This document shows positions 1 through 9,651 of a stretch of DNA of 62,894 bases, piece by piece (within the stretch, counting starts at the first letter, position 1; each line of letters opens with the position of its first letter). The position numbers were made by a program, and so were the translations under genes. The stretch lies in NCBI GenBank assembly GCA_046052705.1, contig JBJOLU010000227.1, positions 1-62,894 on the forward strand. Direction: 5' to 3'. Source of the DNA: Bacteroidota bacterium (GTDB lineage: Bacteria; Bacteroidota; Ignavibacteria; Kapaibacteriales; NICIL-2). The notes below the pieces were generated by a model. It saw only the letters and a list, made by a program, of their open reading frames with translations, was not told the origin of the DNA and ran no database searches.

Positions 1-121
1 GCCTGAAGAAGTAGAAAACACATCCCCGCCACGAATAGGCTGTTTATCCACAGGCCGTCCCTCGTAATCAAGTACCCGAGGTTCAAGAGCTTGTTGGACT
101 TCTGGAGCTTTCCGCTCAATA
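1..121. repeat. Terminal direct duplication, copy 1 (identical to 62774..62894); circular-assembly overlap or terminal redundancy
   Basis: First 121 nt read identical to last 121 nt; a long minus-strand ORF is in frame across the join. Confidence 0.95.
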
Positions 122-2127
122 ACCGTCGTTTCTGGTACGACCGGCCCAACCGACGGTTCTACGCGTTGACGATCTTCCGCAACGCTAGGCTCAATGCCAC
201 CCTCCGGTCGTACGGGACGACCTTCTTCAACTCTTGGGCTGACGGGAGTTTCTTGGACGACTTGGCTTGGCGCAGTAACTTCTGCTCGTACGGGTTGGGA
301 TGGAACTTGTCCACGAGGTTTCCTTTCTTTGATAAGTGCTTCCATCGCCTGATTTTCGGCGAAGATATCTTGCTCTCTCACAGGTGGCGACGGCAATTTA
401 ACGAAATCCGTAAAGCCCTGTGCCATCGTCATGATGTTCTGCACACGAGCACGCTCGCTATCGTCCAGCGGTGCTTCACCGATCATCTCAAACTTGCGAT
501 TGATGTCAGCAATAGCGGTACTTGCGAAAGGAATGTTCTGATCGATCAGCGATTGCACACGGCCTAACAATCGGCCTTCTCGGACACGACGATCAGCATC
601 TTGAGTAGCGGCCTCAATCGACTCCAACTGGCTCATGCGCTCTTGATTGGCGCGGGCTAAATCGGAGACTGCTTGCATCTTCTTGTCTTGCTCAAGAAGT
701 GAATTGATAACTGCTGTCTCGTGATCGTCCTTAATACGTGCGATGTCTTCTTGCGTAGTCATCGGTGCGGTTTTGATAGCACCTCGCACTTCCCCAAGGA
801 TATCTTCCGCTTTCGGCTGGCGTGACGCATACATCTCTTGCTGCATAGCCAGTTCGCGCTGCTCTGCCGGGGACAAGGGCGCTGTCTGCTCTGGCCCTGC
901 TTCAGGCGTGCTGATAGGCGCCTCTGCCTTCACCGGAGCACCAGAGTCCACCATAATGGGCTCTTCTTGCTCTTCTCCCTGCTTCGCTTCTACCGGTTTC
1001 GTCTTGACACCGCCAATAGCACCAGGCACCACAGACATTGCATATGACGCCGCAACTGCGTTAATGTATTCGTCGATGGCCTGCTGATCGGACAGGGACA
1101 ACTTCGCCCCGAATCTTTCGGCAAGAGACTGGATGATCTCGGTAGGCGCTTCTTTGGTGCCGGTAATTGCGATGCCCTTTGCCATGTCACCGGCCGTTCT
1201 CACCGCCTTTTGCAGCACTGTGCGAGTGGTGTCCTCCACCGCATCTTTAACTTCTTTCTTAAGCCCTTTCAGAGCACCAAAAGCAAGCTTATCACTGACA
1301 AACTCTGCTGCTGTGCTGACCATCCCGGCGGGAATGACACGGGCAAGATCAATGTCTTCTGGGTTTTCACCGCGCTCGATAGCAGATTCGACTGCACGAG
1401 ATGCCGTCTGACCAAAACCATATCCAGCCGCTTGTCCAGCAAGTGCCGCGTTCATACCGACCTTGCGTGCCAAGTCTTTTGTTACCGATAGCGTCTGATT
1501 CTCCACGAACTGCTTAGCGGCATCTTCGCCCTGTTCTTTGGCTATCTTCAGTGCTGCTTCTCGTACACCTTTTTTGACCAGTTCTTTCTGAACAGCACCT
1601 GTAATAGCACCGACTGCTGTCCCCGCACCTGGAGCTGCCGATCCAACGAGCGCCCCTGCTCCCATAACACCCAATGTTTCAAGCAAATTTGCCGCCCCGG
1701 AGCCGATCTGATAGGGCAACCATTCCGTCAGTACGGTGCCAACTCCCTTGTCCAGTGCGTCCGTAAAACTCGCCTCGCCTGGGCGTGTTGCGGCTTGCTG
1801 TTCAGCGCCCGCCGCTTGAATGCGCTCCACCCCGCTCTTGATAAGCGATGCCCCCGTTTCAGGCGCGATTGTTTCTGCTAACGCTTTACCTGTGAGAGCC
1901 TGCAAACCGCCGAAGGTTTCTCTCAGTTGTGGCCCATATGAAGCTAGGCCACGACCGAATGAGGAAAAGATGCCTTCTGGTGGGGCTGGTGGTTGCGGTT
2001 GAGGGGCGGCTTGAGACTCCAATTGCACCGCTCGTTCCAATGCCTGAGCTACCGCATCAAAATCCGGCGTGCCCTTTTTATCTTCATTATTCACAATCCA
2101 TTGTGCAAGTTCACGAGCGGCGGCCAT
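1..2127 (-). CDS. N-terminal 709 codons of a wrap-around ~1901-aa virion (internal/ejection-type) protein; continues at 62773
   Basis: ATG at 2127 overlaps TGA of upstream ORF (ATGA). The minus frame was spot-translated at five places without stops (MAAARELAQWIVNNEDKKG ... IERKAPEVQQALEPRVLDYE) and is open to base 1. 2127 nt = 709 codons, so the frame joins ORF 59195..62824 exactly. It is missing from the ORF track because it runs off the edge. Contains a Gly/Ala-rich hydrophobic stretch. Confidence 0.8.
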   Translation of the reverse strand, partial: MAAARELAQWIVNNEDKKGTPDFDAVAQALERAVQLESQAAPQPQPPAPPEGIFSSFGRGLASYGPQLRETFGGLQALTGKALAETIAPETGASLIKSGVERIQAAGAEQQAATRPGEASFTDALDKGVGTVLTEWLPYQIGSGAANLLETLGVMGAGALVGSAAPGAGTAVGAITGAVQKELVKKGVREAALKIAKEQGEDAAKQFVENQTLSVTKDLARKVGMNAALAGQAAGYGFGQTASRAVESAIERGENPEDIDLARVIPAGMVSTAAEFVSDKLAFGALKGLKKEVKDAVEDTTRTVLQKAVRTAGDMAKGIAITGTKEAPTEIIQSLAERFGAKLSLSDQQAIDEYINAVAASYAMSVVPGAIGGVKTKPVEAKQGEEQEEPIMVDSGAPVKAEAPISTPEAGPEQTAPLSPAEQRELAMQQEMYASRQPKAEDILGEVRGAIKTAPMTTQEDIARIKDDHETAVINSLLEQDKKMQAVSDLARANQERMSQLESIEAATQDADRRVREGRLLGRVQSLIDQNIPFASTAIADINRKFEMIGEAPLDDSERARVQNIMTMAQGFTDFVKLPSPPVREQDIFAENQAMEALIKERKPRGQVPSQPVRAEVTAPSQVVQETPVSPRVEEGRPVRPEGGIEPSVAEDRQRVEPSVGPVVPETTVIERKAPEVQQALEPRVLDYEGRPVDKQPIRGGDVFSTSSG

Positions 2128-3743
2128 CATTTGCTCCCAATAATCTGCAGACCTTTGGCGACTATCGGATCAACTTCCGACGCCCCCTGCGCTAACTGCG
2201 GATAGAATCTTTTTGCAAAGTCCTCGAATGTCTTAATGTTCGCCTGCTCCATTGCTGCTTTCTGCATCGGATCAAGCATGGCCTTGCGATATTCCGTCTG
2301 TGCAGCTTGCAGTCGACCTTCACGAGTCAGGTCTGCCTTAGCTCCAGTCTTGGCGCCATAAAGTTTCTCTGTGCCTTCCAAGTATCTGTTGGGATCACCT
2401 TGTGCATAACTTACCAGCCACTGTTCGTCTGGCGTGAGTTCGCGTTTTTGCTGCGCCTTGAGTTCAAGTTTGCGCAACTCCAACTCTGCCTGACGCAACT
2501 CCCGTTGCTGGGCTGCTCTGAACATTTCCGAAGCCGCGCCCGCTTGCAGTTCCCGCGCTTTACCAAATTCTCCACGAGCACGTTCCGCTCTTGCTTCCAT
2601 CGCTGCACGACGTTTTTCTTCCGTGCCAGCCATCAGCGCATCCATTTGTTTGCGGAACTCAAGATCGGATGCCCGTTCCGCTTCGATGGCTTGCAAATAC
2701 GCAGGACCTGCGCCTTCTAAACCACGACCTGCAATACCCCCCAACACGCGCATCAGACGTTCCATACCGCGCGGCTCCAGCATCTTCTGGCGTTCCGCCT
2801 GCATCTCTTGGACACGTTTCATGCGCTCATCGCCATAGGGCTGATCGATGCCGTAAACCTTAGCGATTTCCCGTTCTGTGCCGATCGCTTGTTGTGGAGA
2901 AGGCTCGGCCATTCTCTGTCGCATGAATTGAGCTGATTCTTCTGCGCCGGGCAACGCGGCAATACCTACAGCGGGCATCGGTCGTGCTGGCTGTTCGGGC
3001 TGCATGACCGGCGGACGCTGTGGTTGAGCCGTTTGCAGTTTTGGATTTCCCGCCGAAATTTCCTGTTGAAACTGCTCCTGAGCACGTTGCCGATCTGTCG
3101 GGTCTTGAATTGACGCAATCTGCCTAGTGATATCTGCTACGTTTCCCTGGAACCCAAACTCAGGTGCTTGTTGAGGGGCTTCCATCTCTGCAACAGGCAC
3201 TGAAACCGTTTTAGGCTCCGACGGTTGACGTTTCTTTATCACTTCTAAAATTGCATTCGCCACTACTGGCTTCCCCGCCCGGAGAGCACGTTTGTACTGT
3301 TCCTGTAATTCTTCAGTAGTAAGCACTCGTGACTCATAATCCGGTAGACCCCCAGCGGCATAACCGATAATTCCGCCTTCAGCAAAGTTGTACATACCTT
3401 CTGTCGGGAGTTCCGAAATTCCCTCAGCTTCGGGCTGACGCTGCGGAGTGGGCACTGGCGGAGCTGGTTGTGCGGCACCTGTCAGTGCCTGAAGTCCTTT
3501 GGCTTGCGCTTGCTTTTGGAGTGCTGCCAATCCTGCGGCCTGTTCCACTTGCTCTTTGACACTAGGTTGCTGGCCTTGCGCCATACCTTGTTGATTGGCG
3601 GCCGCTTTAGTAATGGACTCACGGCGCTGCAATTCTGCCAAGGCCAGATAGGGCGGAACCATCGGGTTCATCCCGTTGGCATATTGCATCAGGGCCGGGG
3701 TGGGTGTGTCTTTGAGACGTTCTTGAATTTGAACCAGATTCAT
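2127..3743 (-). CDS. Large virion-associated protein, Q/A/E/R-rich coiled-coil (putative internal/ejection protein)
   Basis: 538-aa ORF; stop overlaps next start; low-complexity Q/A-rich; motif MYNFAEGGIIGYAAGG shared with neighbouring virion proteins; sits in block of giant post-tail genes. Confidence 0.55.
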   Translation of the reverse strand: MNLVQIQERLKDTPTPALMQYANGMNPMVPPYLALAELQRRESITKAAANQQGMAQGQQPSVKEQVEQAAGLAALQKQAQAKGLQALTGAAQPAPPVPTPQRQPEAEGISELPTEGMYNFAEGGIIGYAAGGLPDYESRVLTTEELQEQYKRALRAGKPVVANAILEVIKKRQPSEPKTVSVPVAEMEAPQQAPEFGFQGNVADITRQIASIQDPTDRQRAQEQFQQEISAGNPKLQTAQPQRPPVMQPEQPARPMPAVGIAALPGAEESAQFMRQRMAEPSPQQAIGTEREIAKVYGIDQPYGDERMKRVQEMQAERQKMLEPRGMERLMRVLGGIAGRGLEGAGPAYLQAIEAERASDLEFRKQMDALMAGTEEKRRAAMEARAERARGEFGKARELQAGAASEMFRAAQQRELRQAELELRKLELKAQQKRELTPDEQWLVSYAQGDPNRYLEGTEKLYGAKTGAKADLTREGRLQAAQTEYRKAMLDPMQKAAMEQANIKTFEDFAKRFYPQLAQGASEVDPIVAKGLQIIGSK

Positions 3744-3751
3744 GTTTTACC

Positions 3752-5545
3752 TCACTTGGATGCAGGGGCTTGACCGAGGCCAGCTAGTGCCTGATAGAGA
3801 GCCAACAAACCTGTGCCGGAGCCGATGATGTTCTGCAACGGGCTCGTGTCCGCCGTGTATGAAGTCGCGGTAATCGGCAGTCCTTGGAGGAACGACTGCT
3901 GGTACTGGAGCATCTTGTACGGCCAATCGCGTTCTTCTTTGAACCGGTTGTAATCCGCCGCCAGCCCTTGCGACTCGATATCACGCTGCTGTGCGCCTGC
4001 GCCCAACTGGGCTTCAATGTTTCTCAGTCCTGCCGCTTGTCCGGCTTGTGCAAGATTCGCCCGCTGTGTTTGCGCTTGCAACGCGCCTTGGAGCCCTTGC
4101 ATACCGAACGTCGAACCAAACTGACGAGACGCTTCCGTAGCTTGTTGTGCGGCTGCTTTGCGTGCTTGATCTGCTTGGAACTGATTCGCTGCTTGTTGAT
4201 AAGCCTGGTTGTATCCTTGGCCGGTGATGTTTGCCAGATTCTGTTGCAGGTTACGCGCCAGTTCCGATTCCATGATTGCTTGACGTGACCCGCCAAATGC
4301 GCCTGCTTTGGTCAAACGCCCCGCTTGTTGAGCCCGCTGAATCTCAGCCTGACGACGGGCTTCTTCCAGTTGTGGATTCAAGGCCGCTTGAAGGTACGGG
4401 TTCATATACTGCTGAGCAGCGGCAGGAGTAAATTGCTCGTATCCGAACGTAGTAGGACGGTATGTCTGAGCGGCCATCTGTCCACCCAGACGTGCTGCTT
4501 CTTGCTCGGCTGCTCCGATCCCAGTCGGCGTAGTCAAACCTGATAACCCGGCAAATGCCTTCTGCTGGAGCCCGGATGCTTCAGGCGTAAGCGCACCGGT
4601 GTACGGCGTATACGGCATTTCTGCCAAAGCGCGCGCCCTGCCAAGCATGTCCGTGACGTATTCACCAGCCCAAGGTGCCAGCGTGCCGACCGTGCTTGTG
4701 CCTGTCTGCCCCACTTGTGTAGGACTGCTTAGACCCGGAATGTTCCCCGTCGCACCGGTAGTCGTGGCTGTGGGGACCAAGGCTCCGTTTGAAAATGCCA
4801 CGATGCCACCCTTGTTGTACTTGGGCATGTATTTCTCCGCTTTGATTTCTGGTGCTTGTTCCGTCTTTCCGGTACGCGCTTTTCGAACTCGATCCATCAT
4901 GTCGTAGAGTTTCTTGGCGCCCGCTTCGCTATTCCCATCTCCCAGATGTGACACCACATCGGCGGGCACAACGAACTCGCCGTGGCTCAACTTCGCTGGC
5001 TGTTGGTCGTCAATGGTTGTGTCTAACTCGTCCGCCATTCCACCTGTCGCGCCACGGAGATACCCACCTCCGGCACGGTACTGGACATCTGTCAGATATC
5101 GACCACGCGGCCCACCTGGTCTGCCTGCTGGTTGCTGTACGGCTTGCTGAGTCGCGGTGTAACGAGGGATATTCCCGGCATATCCGGCTGTTTGTTTCTT
5201 GTTCCCACCCATCAGAGAATACAAACCAGCAAGAGCCGTGAGCATGCCTGCGTTGTTCTGCAAAACTCCGGGCAGCGTGCTGCCGCCCAACAGCCCACTC
5301 AAACCTCCCGTACCGGAGGAGCCAGAACCGGACGATGTGCCGCCCTTGAAAAGACCGGAGAGCCAATCCTTGATCGTCGAAGACGAACCACCCGTTTGAG
5401 TAGGGTCATACGCGAAATTAAGAATATCGCCATATGTTGTACCTTCGGGCAGTTTGATGTTTGCCCAATCGATCACCGGTACATCTGGGTTATCGACCAC
5501 GATTTCCGTATCGTTTCCACCGCTGTTGTTAGACTCATCCATCAC
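3752..5545 (-). CDS. Large virion-associated protein (putative internal/ejection protein)
   Basis: 597-aa ORF; Gly/Ser-rich N-terminus, motif LSHGEFVVPADVVSHLGDGNSEAG and KYNKGGIVAF, Q-rich C-terminal half; start overlaps upstream stop. Confidence 0.55.
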   Translation of the reverse strand: MMDESNNSGGNDTEIVVDNPDVPVIDWANIKLPEGTTYGDILNFAYDPTQTGGSSSTIKDWLSGLFKGGTSSGSGSSGTGGLSGLLGGSTLPGVLQNNAGMLTALAGLYSLMGGNKKQTAGYAGNIPRYTATQQAVQQPAGRPGGPRGRYLTDVQYRAGGGYLRGATGGMADELDTTIDDQQPAKLSHGEFVVPADVVSHLGDGNSEAGAKKLYDMMDRVRKARTGKTEQAPEIKAEKYMPKYNKGGIVAFSNGALVPTATTTGATGNIPGLSSPTQVGQTGTSTVGTLAPWAGEYVTDMLGRARALAEMPYTPYTGALTPEASGLQQKAFAGLSGLTTPTGIGAAEQEAARLGGQMAAQTYRPTTFGYEQFTPAAAQQYMNPYLQAALNPQLEEARRQAEIQRAQQAGRLTKAGAFGGSRQAIMESELARNLQQNLANITGQGYNQAYQQAANQFQADQARKAAAQQATEASRQFGSTFGMQGLQGALQAQTQRANLAQAGQAAGLRNIEAQLGAGAQQRDIESQGLAADYNRFKEERDWPYKMLQYQQSFLQGLPITATSYTADTSPLQNIIGSGTGLLALYQALAGLGQAPASK

Positions 5546-8500
5546 GATCCCCTAATAATTTTCAACAATTCATCAATTGAGCCGCCTTCGGCCATTTTCG
5601 GTTTATATACGTTCTCAAGCAAATTTGTGCTGAACTGATAGGGCGTGATATTGCCTACTAACGGCAACGGAATCTCTGGCTGTTCCTTCTGCTGACCAGC
5701 GAGCCCTAGAATTGACAACAAGTTACCGAAATTAGCCTGTTGCTGCGCTTGCTGTATCTGTCTGTTGGTTGCCGACTGCGACAACGCTTGATTGATCGCG
5801 ATGCCAGCAAACCCCGGACCGAGGATATCGCGCAATTCTTTGAGAATGTCTGCACTTGTTCCGCCACCGATACCCGTTCCGGGCCCTGTGCCTGTGCCAG
5901 TCCCAGTACCTGTTCCGCCTCCAGTTCCACCGCCTGTGCCACCTGTGCCGCCGGTCCCAGTTCCACCTCCACCAATACCGCCGCCACCTGTACCTGTGTC
6001 AATTCCGGTGCCTCCAAGACCACCACCCGGCGTGCCACCAGGCTCTCCGCCTGTAGTACCTCCGGGAGTACCCCCCGGCGTGCCACCTGTAGTACCTCCG
6101 GGCTCTCCACCTGTTGTACCCCCCGGCTCTCCGCCTGTTGTACCACCTGTTATACCTCCGGGCGTGCCGCCCGTTGTATCGCCTGTCGTGCCGCCTGTCG
6201 TACCACCTCCCGGTGTAGGTGGAGGTGTAGGTGTTGTGCCTGCACCGCCTGATCCGCTACCAGTCTCCGGTGTTGGCGTGGGCACCTGTGGCGTTACCGG
6301 CGTGATGTTTGTATCGCCTGCACCCGGAGTTGGTGTAGGGGTAGGTGTCGGAGTTGTCGCTTCACCAATCGACCCTCCTCCCGGCGTAGGCGTAACCGGA
6401 GTTGGCGTAGGCGTTTCCGGAGTTGGTTGTGTCGTGCCTTCTCCACCCGTGGGCTTTTCCTCTGTCGGAGGAGTCGGAGGTTGCGTTGGCTGCTCAGGCA
6501 AAGGAGGCAGTTGCGGTTCTTTGCCTTCCAATATGTCCCGCAGCGCCTGAGATATAGCTTGCTGTTCTTTCTGTTGTTCGTTCAGAGCTTCTGACAGGGA
6601 TACCGTTTCCTCACCGTCTTTATCTTGGGTTTCTGAAACTTCCCGTCCAATATACGTTATGCCTCCCTTACCATCTGGAACCAGTATATTGAGATTGCCA
6701 TATAACGGCTCTTTTCCGACGAGGTTATATGCCTCCGCATTGGTCAACTTTCGGCCCGACGCATTTACATAGCCGGAGAACCCATTCGGATTCGTTCTGT
6801 TTGCCATCACCTGAGAATCGGTCAAAAATTCTCTTACTTTTTGCGAGTTATATTCTTGACGGATAGTTTCCCTAGCCACCGGCGCTATCCCAGCAGCTTC
6901 TGCCGACGGAATGATCGCTCCCAACGCGCTTTCCGCGATGCCCTTGATACGGTCCGTTAATGACTGTTCTGAGTACCTGCCCGCGATGCTATTGATCTGA
7001 TCTTTGGTCAGAGTAATGCCTAGCGCCTTCGCTTCTTTGGTAATGTCTGCTGCCGACGGGATAGTGCCGATTGTTCGTGGGAACAGCCCGGACAGCGCAT
7101 TCTTGGCATCTGCCAACAATCCAGATGTTGACACCTCTGAAATTGATTTCAGCGTTTCTGGATCAATCTTGGCGCCAGTCGTTGTGACAAACGCACCGGA
7201 CTCATCCTTTGTAACGCCAAATCCACCGACCTTGGCTTTGTATTCCAACACGTCGCGCATGGCGGCTATAAACTCTGGCGAGTTTCTACCGTATTTAGCA
7301 CCAACTTGATTGGCATACAGCGTCTTTTCATCTGCCAGTTGTTTCTCAACTGACCGAAGTTGCGACAAATACTCCTGCGCCCGTCTCTGCGCTACTTCTG
7401 GTGTCTCGCCGCGATCCGTGAATTTTTTAATCAGACTATCCGTAAGCGTTTGCTCTCGGACGAGCTTCGTTTGTTGATCTTTCTTTGATACCTCACCAAG
7501 TTTTTGCAAGTCTGCTGTGACTTTAGCTTGGTCATTTTGACCGATGAGTTTCTGTCTTTGGGCATCCGTCAGCGTTATCCCGGTTTCTTGCTCTAGCCGT
7601 GCGAGTTCGCTTTGAGTTACGGTTTTCTGGTCGTACCACTGCGCCAGAAACACGTCTGGGTTTGCCGAATCTTTTAATCCTTTGGCAACTTCATTTACTT
7701 CTTTACCCGACGCCGAATACCCAACGGATTTTAGTGCCTCATCCGCACCAGCCGCGTAGTTTGTAGGCAACTTTGCCTTGACGCCTTGCTCCAAAAAGTG
7801 AGCAAACGGGTCGCCCGCCACGTCATTCAGCTTGGCATAGGCTTCGGCATCAAACTTTGGATCAATGCTTTTGACCTGTTCGCGTTCTTTGGCGCCAACA
7901 GGCGTGATGGTGTCGCCGTAAGCTTTGATCGCGGCTCGTTTATCGGCTAAGTCCTCCCAACCCTGTTGCCGGGCTTGGTAATCCGCTGCCGTAATCTTGG
8001 GCCCGTACTGACTCTGCGCCGCCTGTTGTTGCGCGTAGTCTGCCCACCCTGCTTTTTGCGCGTTGGCATCATTGACCTGAAGCTGAATACCTGCCTTGGC
8101 TTGGTTGAGCAGTGATTTTTGCAGCACTGAATCCAATGGTTTGCCTTGGATGCCGCCTACGATCAAGTCCTTCGCAAACTGACGTTGCGACGCTGACAGC
8201 TTCATCGACTTGCCGAGCGTTTCCAGCGCCGATTCAGCGAATACTTCAGTCGCAAAGTTCTTAATCGTTTGTCCAACGTCCAACTTACCGCCTTGTGCCG
8301 CTCCCAGTGCGGCACTCGTAATGGCCTTCTGCTGCGTTGCGCTTAGATTTTTCCAGCCCGGTGCTGATTGCAGAGCAAGCGGAACCGCCGTGTTGATAAA
8401 CGCGTTTTTAGTAGCTGCTGGAATATCCTGATTCAACAGCATGGCACGAGTACCCTCTTTGGATACCGCCGTTGCAATCTGTTGCAATCCCTTAAATCCC

Positions 8501-9651
8501 GCTGTTTCGACTAACTGCCCTACGTATTCACCAACATTGAGCCCCGCCACATTCGCTGCGACGGTCTTCAGCACATCTTTAATATCACCGCCCGATGCTA
8601 ACGACGTGAAAGTTCCGCCTACGATTGCACCGGCCGTTGCAGCGGAAACGCCCAATACCTCGGATACCGTTTTCACGGACGAGGCAACTGCTGGAATTTC
8701 GAAAATGGTGCCTTCAACCGCTGACGCTCCGTCCGCACCGGGGATATTTGCCAGCGCAATCGATAGTGCGGCCTGCCCCCAGTTTCCGGTCACTGCCGAA
8801 CGGCCGATAGCCGAGCCAACAACGAACGGAACCCCGCCAACAATAGCGCCAATAATCTGTGTGACTGGGTTACTGAATAATCTTGGGAAAAAGCCGCTGC
8901 TACCTGACTTCCATCCTTTTGACTGATATGTATCTGCGTAAGTAGTAAGTTCTCCGGCGCTCTCTCCGCCGCGCAAACCGTAATACTGAAGCTTGCCATC
9001 GATTTCGGCCATGCCTTGTATGGGAACCGAATCCTTGGAGTTGCCTTTTACGCTGAAGGTGCTTTTGCGAGCGTATACTTGATTCGGGCTAAATATGTTT
9101 TTCCAAACATCCTTTTCGATTAAATACCCCGTGTTGGGGTTGTCTAGGTAATCATACCGAAACTTTCGACCCGGATCGCTTTCTGGAACCACATCAGATT
9201 CCAATTGAACTGGCTTCAAATACTGCCAATTATCTTTGTTCAAAAAGGCTTTGTTGTAGAACTGAATATCGCCTACCAAAGCACCTTTTTGGACATATGA
9301 TTCAGGTACAAAAATAGCGGGAACGCCGTTATATTGTAGCTGTACCGCGCTTCTGTTATAAAGGTCATCCTTGGACCAGCGTGACCAGTATTCAGACGCG
9401 TTCTTAGCCGCGCTTGAGTCAATAATGATCTGTTGACGCGGCGGCGGAGGCGGCGGAGGGGGTGGAGGCGGGGGTTCAGGTGTGGGCGGACGATACCCCA
9501 TAAGGGCGTTGTCGTCGCTCACCCAACCCGGAGGAGGTCTCCAACTACCTCCTTCTCCGCCCGTCCATTCCCAACCCGCCAGGTTCAGTTGCGCTTGGCT
9601 TGGGCCGCCCGATTCACCGGTAAGTTGCTCCCACCACTCAGACATAATCAA
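5542..9651 (-). CDS. Giant virion protein (1369 aa) with poly-Pro tract, hydrophobic Gly-rich segment and ~220-aa T/P/G low-complexity region (putative ejection/internal protein)
   Basis: Long ORF; 12 consecutive Pro codons; hydrophobic stretch IIGAIVGGVPFVVGSAIG...; TPTPTP and TTGG/GTG repeats; C-terminal KMAEGGSIDELL motif. Confidence 0.6.
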   Translation of the reverse strand: MIMSEWWEQLTGESGGPSQAQLNLAGWEWTGGEGGSWRPPPGWVSDDNALMGYRPPTPEPPPPPPPPPPPPRQQIIIDSSAAKNASEYWSRWSKDDLYNRSAVQLQYNGVPAIFVPESYVQKGALVGDIQFYNKAFLNKDNWQYLKPVQLESDVVPESDPGRKFRYDYLDNPNTGYLIEKDVWKNIFSPNQVYARKSTFSVKGNSKDSVPIQGMAEIDGKLQYYGLRGGESAGELTTYADTYQSKGWKSGSSGFFPRLFSNPVTQIIGAIVGGVPFVVGSAIGRSAVTGNWGQAALSIALANIPGADGASAVEGTIFEIPAVASSVKTVSEVLGVSAATAGAIVGGTFTSLASGGDIKDVLKTVAANVAGLNVGEYVGQLVETAGFKGLQQIATAVSKEGTRAMLLNQDIPAATKNAFINTAVPLALQSAPGWKNLSATQQKAITSAALGAAQGGKLDVGQTIKNFATEVFAESALETLGKSMKLSASQRQFAKDLIVGGIQGKPLDSVLQKSLLNQAKAGIQLQVNDANAQKAGWADYAQQQAAQSQYGPKITAADYQARQQGWEDLADKRAAIKAYGDTITPVGAKEREQVKSIDPKFDAEAYAKLNDVAGDPFAHFLEQGVKAKLPTNYAAGADEALKSVGYSASGKEVNEVAKGLKDSANPDVFLAQWYDQKTVTQSELARLEQETGITLTDAQRQKLIGQNDQAKVTADLQKLGEVSKKDQQTKLVREQTLTDSLIKKFTDRGETPEVAQRRAQEYLSQLRSVEKQLADEKTLYANQVGAKYGRNSPEFIAAMRDVLEYKAKVGGFGVTKDESGAFVTTTGAKIDPETLKSISEVSTSGLLADAKNALSGLFPRTIGTIPSAADITKEAKALGITLTKDQINSIAGRYSEQSLTDRIKGIAESALGAIIPSAEAAGIAPVARETIRQEYNSQKVREFLTDSQVMANRTNPNGFSGYVNASGRKLTNAEAYNLVGKEPLYGNLNILVPDGKGGITYIGREVSETQDKDGEETVSLSEALNEQQKEQQAISQALRDILEGKEPQLPPLPEQPTQPPTPPTEEKPTGGEGTTQPTPETPTPTPVTPTPGGGSIGEATTPTPTPTPTPGAGDTNITPVTPQVPTPTPETGSGSGGAGTTPTPPPTPGGGTTGGTTGDTTGGTPGGITGGTTGGEPGGTTGGEPGGTTGGTPGGTPGGTTGGEPGGTPGGGLGGTGIDTGTGGGGIGGGGTGTGGTGGTGGGTGGGTGTGTGTGTGPGTGIGGGTSADILKELRDILGPGFAGIAINQALSQSATNRQIQQAQQQANFGNLLSILGLAGQQKEQPEIPLPLVGNITPYQFSTNLLENVYKPKMAEGGSIDELLKIIRGS
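5860..6515 (-). repeat. Low-complexity coding repeat (TP, GGT(T/E)PGG, GTG units) inside the 1369-aa ORF
   Basis: Translation reads ...TPTPTPTPTPGAG...TTGGTTGDTTGGTPGGITGGTTGGEPGGTTGGEPGG...GTGTGTGTGTGPGTG...; the mirror plus-strand ORF 5792..6550 is P/V-rich for the same reason. Confidence 0.9.
9439..9474 (-). repeat. Run of 12 consecutive proline codons near N-terminus of the 1369-aa ORF
   Basis: Plus strand cgg cgg cgg agg cgg cgg agg ggg tgg agg cgg ggg = 12 x CCN on minus strand. Confidence 0.95.

Noticed and set aside
5792-6550. 252-aa plus-strand ORF rich in Pro/Val (and neighbours 5706..6146, 5740..6252)
   Set aside because: It mirrors the Gly/Thr low-complexity repeat of the 1369-aa minus-strand gene. 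It has no independent start signals and lies wholly inside a gene with clear context.
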